A stretch of 64,000 nucleotides of DNA, from the NCBI GenBank assembly GCA_040398005.1, contig JBBAUX010000002.1:64001-128000 (forward strand), written 5' to 3'. Source of the DNA: Opitutales bacterium. GTDB lineage: Bacteria > Verrucomicrobiota > Verrucomicrobiia > Opitutales > UBA953. The position numbers and the translations under genes were made by a program. The notes below the pieces were generated by a model. The model searched no databases. It saw only the letters and a program-made list of their open reading frames with translations, and had not been told where the DNA came from. Below are positions 61,495 to 64,000 of the stretch, piece by piece (positions within the stretch are counted from its first letter, which is position 1; each line of letters starts with the position of its first letter).

Positions 61495-62511
61495 TCACTT
61501 GCTCATTTCCTGAGGTTTTTCCTCTGCTGCGTCCGTAGTGGGTTTTACAGGGGCTTCGGGGATGAATTCGGCATCCTTAATCTTACCGGCATCGGCTTCA
61601 GCTTCGAGGCGTTCCTCTTTAGGCAGAAGTTTTTTGGCTTCTTCGGCTTCTTTGGAAAGAGGGTAGTTGGTGATGAGGTTACGGAGGTAGCGATTGGAAA
61701 CTTCTTCGAGCTTTTGCTCCTTGGTGGTTGGACCATCCATGCCGCGGAAGGCTTTGGCGGCGCCTAAAAGTGCTTTGGGGATTTGTTCGACTTGGGAACC
61801 GTAGAAAACAGGAACACGTAAAAAGGTGTTCATCGCATTTTCATATTTTTTAGTTACGAGCAGGGAACTTCCTTTGAGAATATGTAAGCGAGCGAGAATT
61901 TCTACGTCGTCGATATTCTTAATGAGCTCAGTGGATTCGGTAATGACTTTTTCGTAGTCAGCCTTGCGGTAGCTTTGAACGAGTCGGGCTAATTTAATTT
62001 TGGTGCTGAGTTCAGGCTGGGTACCATCATCGGCGCGTTCGAGGTTTTCTAAGAAACTCGAAATCGCGGCATCGTTCTCGAGTCGATCCAACGCATCTAA
62101 TTTAATCATCGATGCTTTTAACCACCAGGAACCTGGAACTTTTTTTAGTGGTTCGAAGAATTTAATCACGGGCTCAATTTCATCGAGAGCCAGGTTGGGT
62201 TCGCCGCGGCTGACATAGATTTGGGCTTGAGCAATTTTTTCGGGTTGGGCCCAGACGATGCCTTCCACTTCACTGATTTTTTTGGTTAAAACCATGTCGA
62301 CGTCACCTTGGCGACTGGTGCGTTCAATCGTTCCCTTGGTCGTACTGATAATCGCCTTCTTCGGATCAACGAGAGGTTTGGGTGGTAGAGACTTGTCCAT
62401 TTTGAATGGATCATTCACATCCCAGCGTTCGTTATTTTTGAAGAAGAGGGTTTGGGCTTCGCTGACCAGTGGGGCGAAGAGCATGAAGAGAAATAGATAA
62501 GCAGCTCGCAT
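61495..62511 (-). CDS. Exported TPR-containing protein
   Basis: Signal peptide (..VSEA-Q), TPR-like pairs, C-terminal LITNYP.S.EA motif. Confidence 0.7.
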   Translation of the reverse strand: MRAAYLFLFMLFAPLVSEAQTLFFKNNERWDVNDPFKMDKSLPPKPLVDPKKAIISTTKGTIERTSRQGDVDMVLTKKISEVEGIVWAQPEKIAQAQIYVSRGEPNLALDEIEPVIKFFEPLKKVPGSWWLKASMIKLDALDRLENDAAISSFLENLERADDGTQPELSTKIKLARLVQSYRKADYEKVITESTELIKNIDDVEILARLHILKGSSLLVTKKYENAMNTFLRVPVFYGSQVEQIPKALLGAAKAFRGMDGPTTKEQKLEEVSNRYLRNLITNYPLSKEAEEAKKLLPKEERLEAEADAGKIKDAEFIPEAPVKPTTDAAEEKPQEMSK

Positions 62512-62515
62512 GGTC

Positions 62516-64000
62516 TTAGAGTGATAGCATTAAGATTTTAGCTTCTTTGGCCTCCGGAGTGTCCTTGATGCGGTCCTTGGAGAGCATTTCCGCGAGGAGC
62601 AATTTAGCTTCAGGTTTTTGACCTAATTTTCCGGCTAAAATTTTGGCCGTACCGAGATAGGATTTGGCTGACCAGAATTCATACTTCTTCCAGGTTTGGT
62701 AACAGCGGCGATAGAAAGCGACCGCTTCGGCAGAGTTGCCTTGGCGCTCTTCCATGAGTCCAATCCAGTAAAGACAGCCCGCGGTAGTCTCACCTTTCCA
62801 CTCCTTGGTCTTAACAATCTCTTCAAAGCCTTTACGCGCTTCTTCGTAGCGTCCTAATTCTGCTAAAGCACGAGCGTGAGCAAATTTGATATCCTTTTCT
62901 TTGGACATCACGATGTTGTTGTCCGTGGCCTCATTACAGAGGTCGAGTGCTTCTTTAAATTTACCTTGGTTGAGGCGAACTTCTGCCATGCCTGCAAAAC
63001 CGAAGTCAGCATACTCCGATGAACGATGGTGCTCGAGCAGGTATTGATAAAGCCCTTCGGCGGCTGGATAATTTCTTTTCGCCACGAGATGATCTCCCAC
63101 TACACCGAGGAGGGTGGAGCTGAGTTCTTCGGCTTTATAGTTATTGGAAATCTTGCGGAAGTAGAGGTCGGTCTTTTCCGGATTGCGTAAGAAGGTTGAG
63201 AGCTGGGCGAGGGCGAAATAGCCGCGCGCTTGGGCGATTAAGGAGTCTTTGTTTTGCTCGAGTTTAAGTAACTGAGACATTTCCTGTTCAGCTTTCTCAG
63301 CGGTATAGGCCTTAGGGTCGAGAGCGATACCCGGCTTGACACGTTTTACCTTACGCGAGATTTTTTCAGCTAAGAAAATAATCAACTTCTCGGAGCCTTC
63401 TTGTTTACGGTCATTGATGGATTCGGCGACGGACTTTGAAAGCATCGCGAGCGCTTCAGTTTTTGCGGCCTGGATGCTGACTTGTCGGTCCTTCTCGATT
63501 TGATCCAGTTCCGCGGCGAGCACGTCGGAGAGTTTAGCCACTTCAGCCTTAGCAGCAGCTAATACGCCCGGGGTGGTGCTATCTGCTTTGGTTAAATCAT
63601 CTACCTTCCGACGGGCCACTGCTAAGAGTGCACTGTATTTCTTCTGGGTGGCTTCGGTGCGTTGCGAGAATTCTGGCTTATCGCCCATGCGCTCAGTCGC
63701 TTTAATGATCTCGTAGAGGTACGACATCGCCTTGGGGCTATTGTGGTCCCAATCGTAGATTTCTTGATAAAGGTTTTTAAGTTTTTGATGTTCGCCGCGA
63801 CCCGAGAGAAGTTTGTTGAGTTGTTGCACGACAAATTCCAAAGCACTGGCATTATTTTTACTCGATTTCGTAGCAGCAATGTAAGCCTCGATAGATTTTA
63901 CGATATGGACTTCTTTTTCTTTTTCGAGGCGTTGTTTTTCTAAAGTATATTTCTTTTTAGCCGCAGGCTCCCCGTTGGTTTTGATATTATTATCCGCCGT
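62516..64000 (-). CDS. Large TPR-repeat protein, 5' end outside the window
   Basis: Multiple TPR motifs; I checked by hand that the frame stays open from 63841 to the window edge. Confidence 0.75.
   Translation of the reverse strand, partial: TADNNIKTNGEPAAKKKYTLEKQRLEKEKEVHIVKSIEAYIAATKSSKNNASALEFVVQQLNKLLSGRGEHQKLKNLYQEIYDWDHNSPKAMSYLYEIIKATERMGDKPEFSQRTEATQKKYSALLAVARRKVDDLTKADSTTPGVLAAAKAEVAKLSDVLAAELDQIEKDRQVSIQAAKTEALAMLSKSVAESINDRKQEGSEKLIIFLAEKISRKVKRVKPGIALDPKAYTAEKAEQEMSQLLKLEQNKDSLIAQARGYFALAQLSTFLRNPEKTDLYFRKISNNYKAEELSSTLLGVVGDHLVAKRNYPAAEGLYQYLLEHHRSSEYADFGFAGMAEVRLNQGKFKEALDLCNEATDNNIVMSKEKDIKFAHARALAELGRYEEARKGFEEIVKTKEWKGETTAGCLYWIGLMEERQGNSAEAVAFYRRCYQTWKKYEFWSAKSYLGTAKILAGKLGQKPEAKLLLAEMLSKDRIKDTPEAKEAKILMLSL

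Noticed and set aside
1..64000. CRISPR arrays, IS elements, prophage or defence genes, rRNA
   Set aside because: No regularly spaced repeats, transposase or integrase motifs, or rRNA-like sequence seen; nearly all the window is explained by coding genes

Overview
This is a gene-dense core-genome window with no CRISPR array, IS element, integrase, phage gene or rRNA that I could find. Gene families and gene order suggest a streamlined Verrucomicrobiota, probably Opitutales (inference). In order it holds: a PHO-box-controlled porin, carboxy(nor)spermidine genes, tRNA-Asp, proBA, ruvB, murA, an RNA-decay locus (rny, rodA, RNase E/G and an orphan disordered protein), a P1B-4 ATPase, an RHH protein with a histone-like tail, icd, rplM-rpsI, argCJBDFG, tRNA-Cys, ispF, ndk, serS-tilS-ftsH-coaE, a pilB-pilT-pilB-pilC block, an initiator-type tRNA-Met, two paralogous vWA membrane proteins, mutL, uvrB, nadE, thrBC and a TPR-TPR-ExbB-ExbD-ExbD operon. 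The strongest leads are: (1) argC/J/B/D use CGG/AGA/AGG for 47 of 59 Arg codons while argG uses them for 0 of 28 (hand count), suggesting codon-level response to Arg starvation; (2) two vWA proteins carry the TonB/TolA SxxxH anchor motif and may be effectors of the ExbB-ExbD-ExbD/TPR motor, whose operon ends in a 45-aa lipoprotein missing from the ORF track; (3) an orphan disordered protein beside RNase Y resembles a detached RNase E degradosome scaffold; (4) a possible internally initiated 21-aa histone-like peptide; (5) a non-canonical initiator tRNA. All product calls come from recognising motifs by eye; no database search was run.
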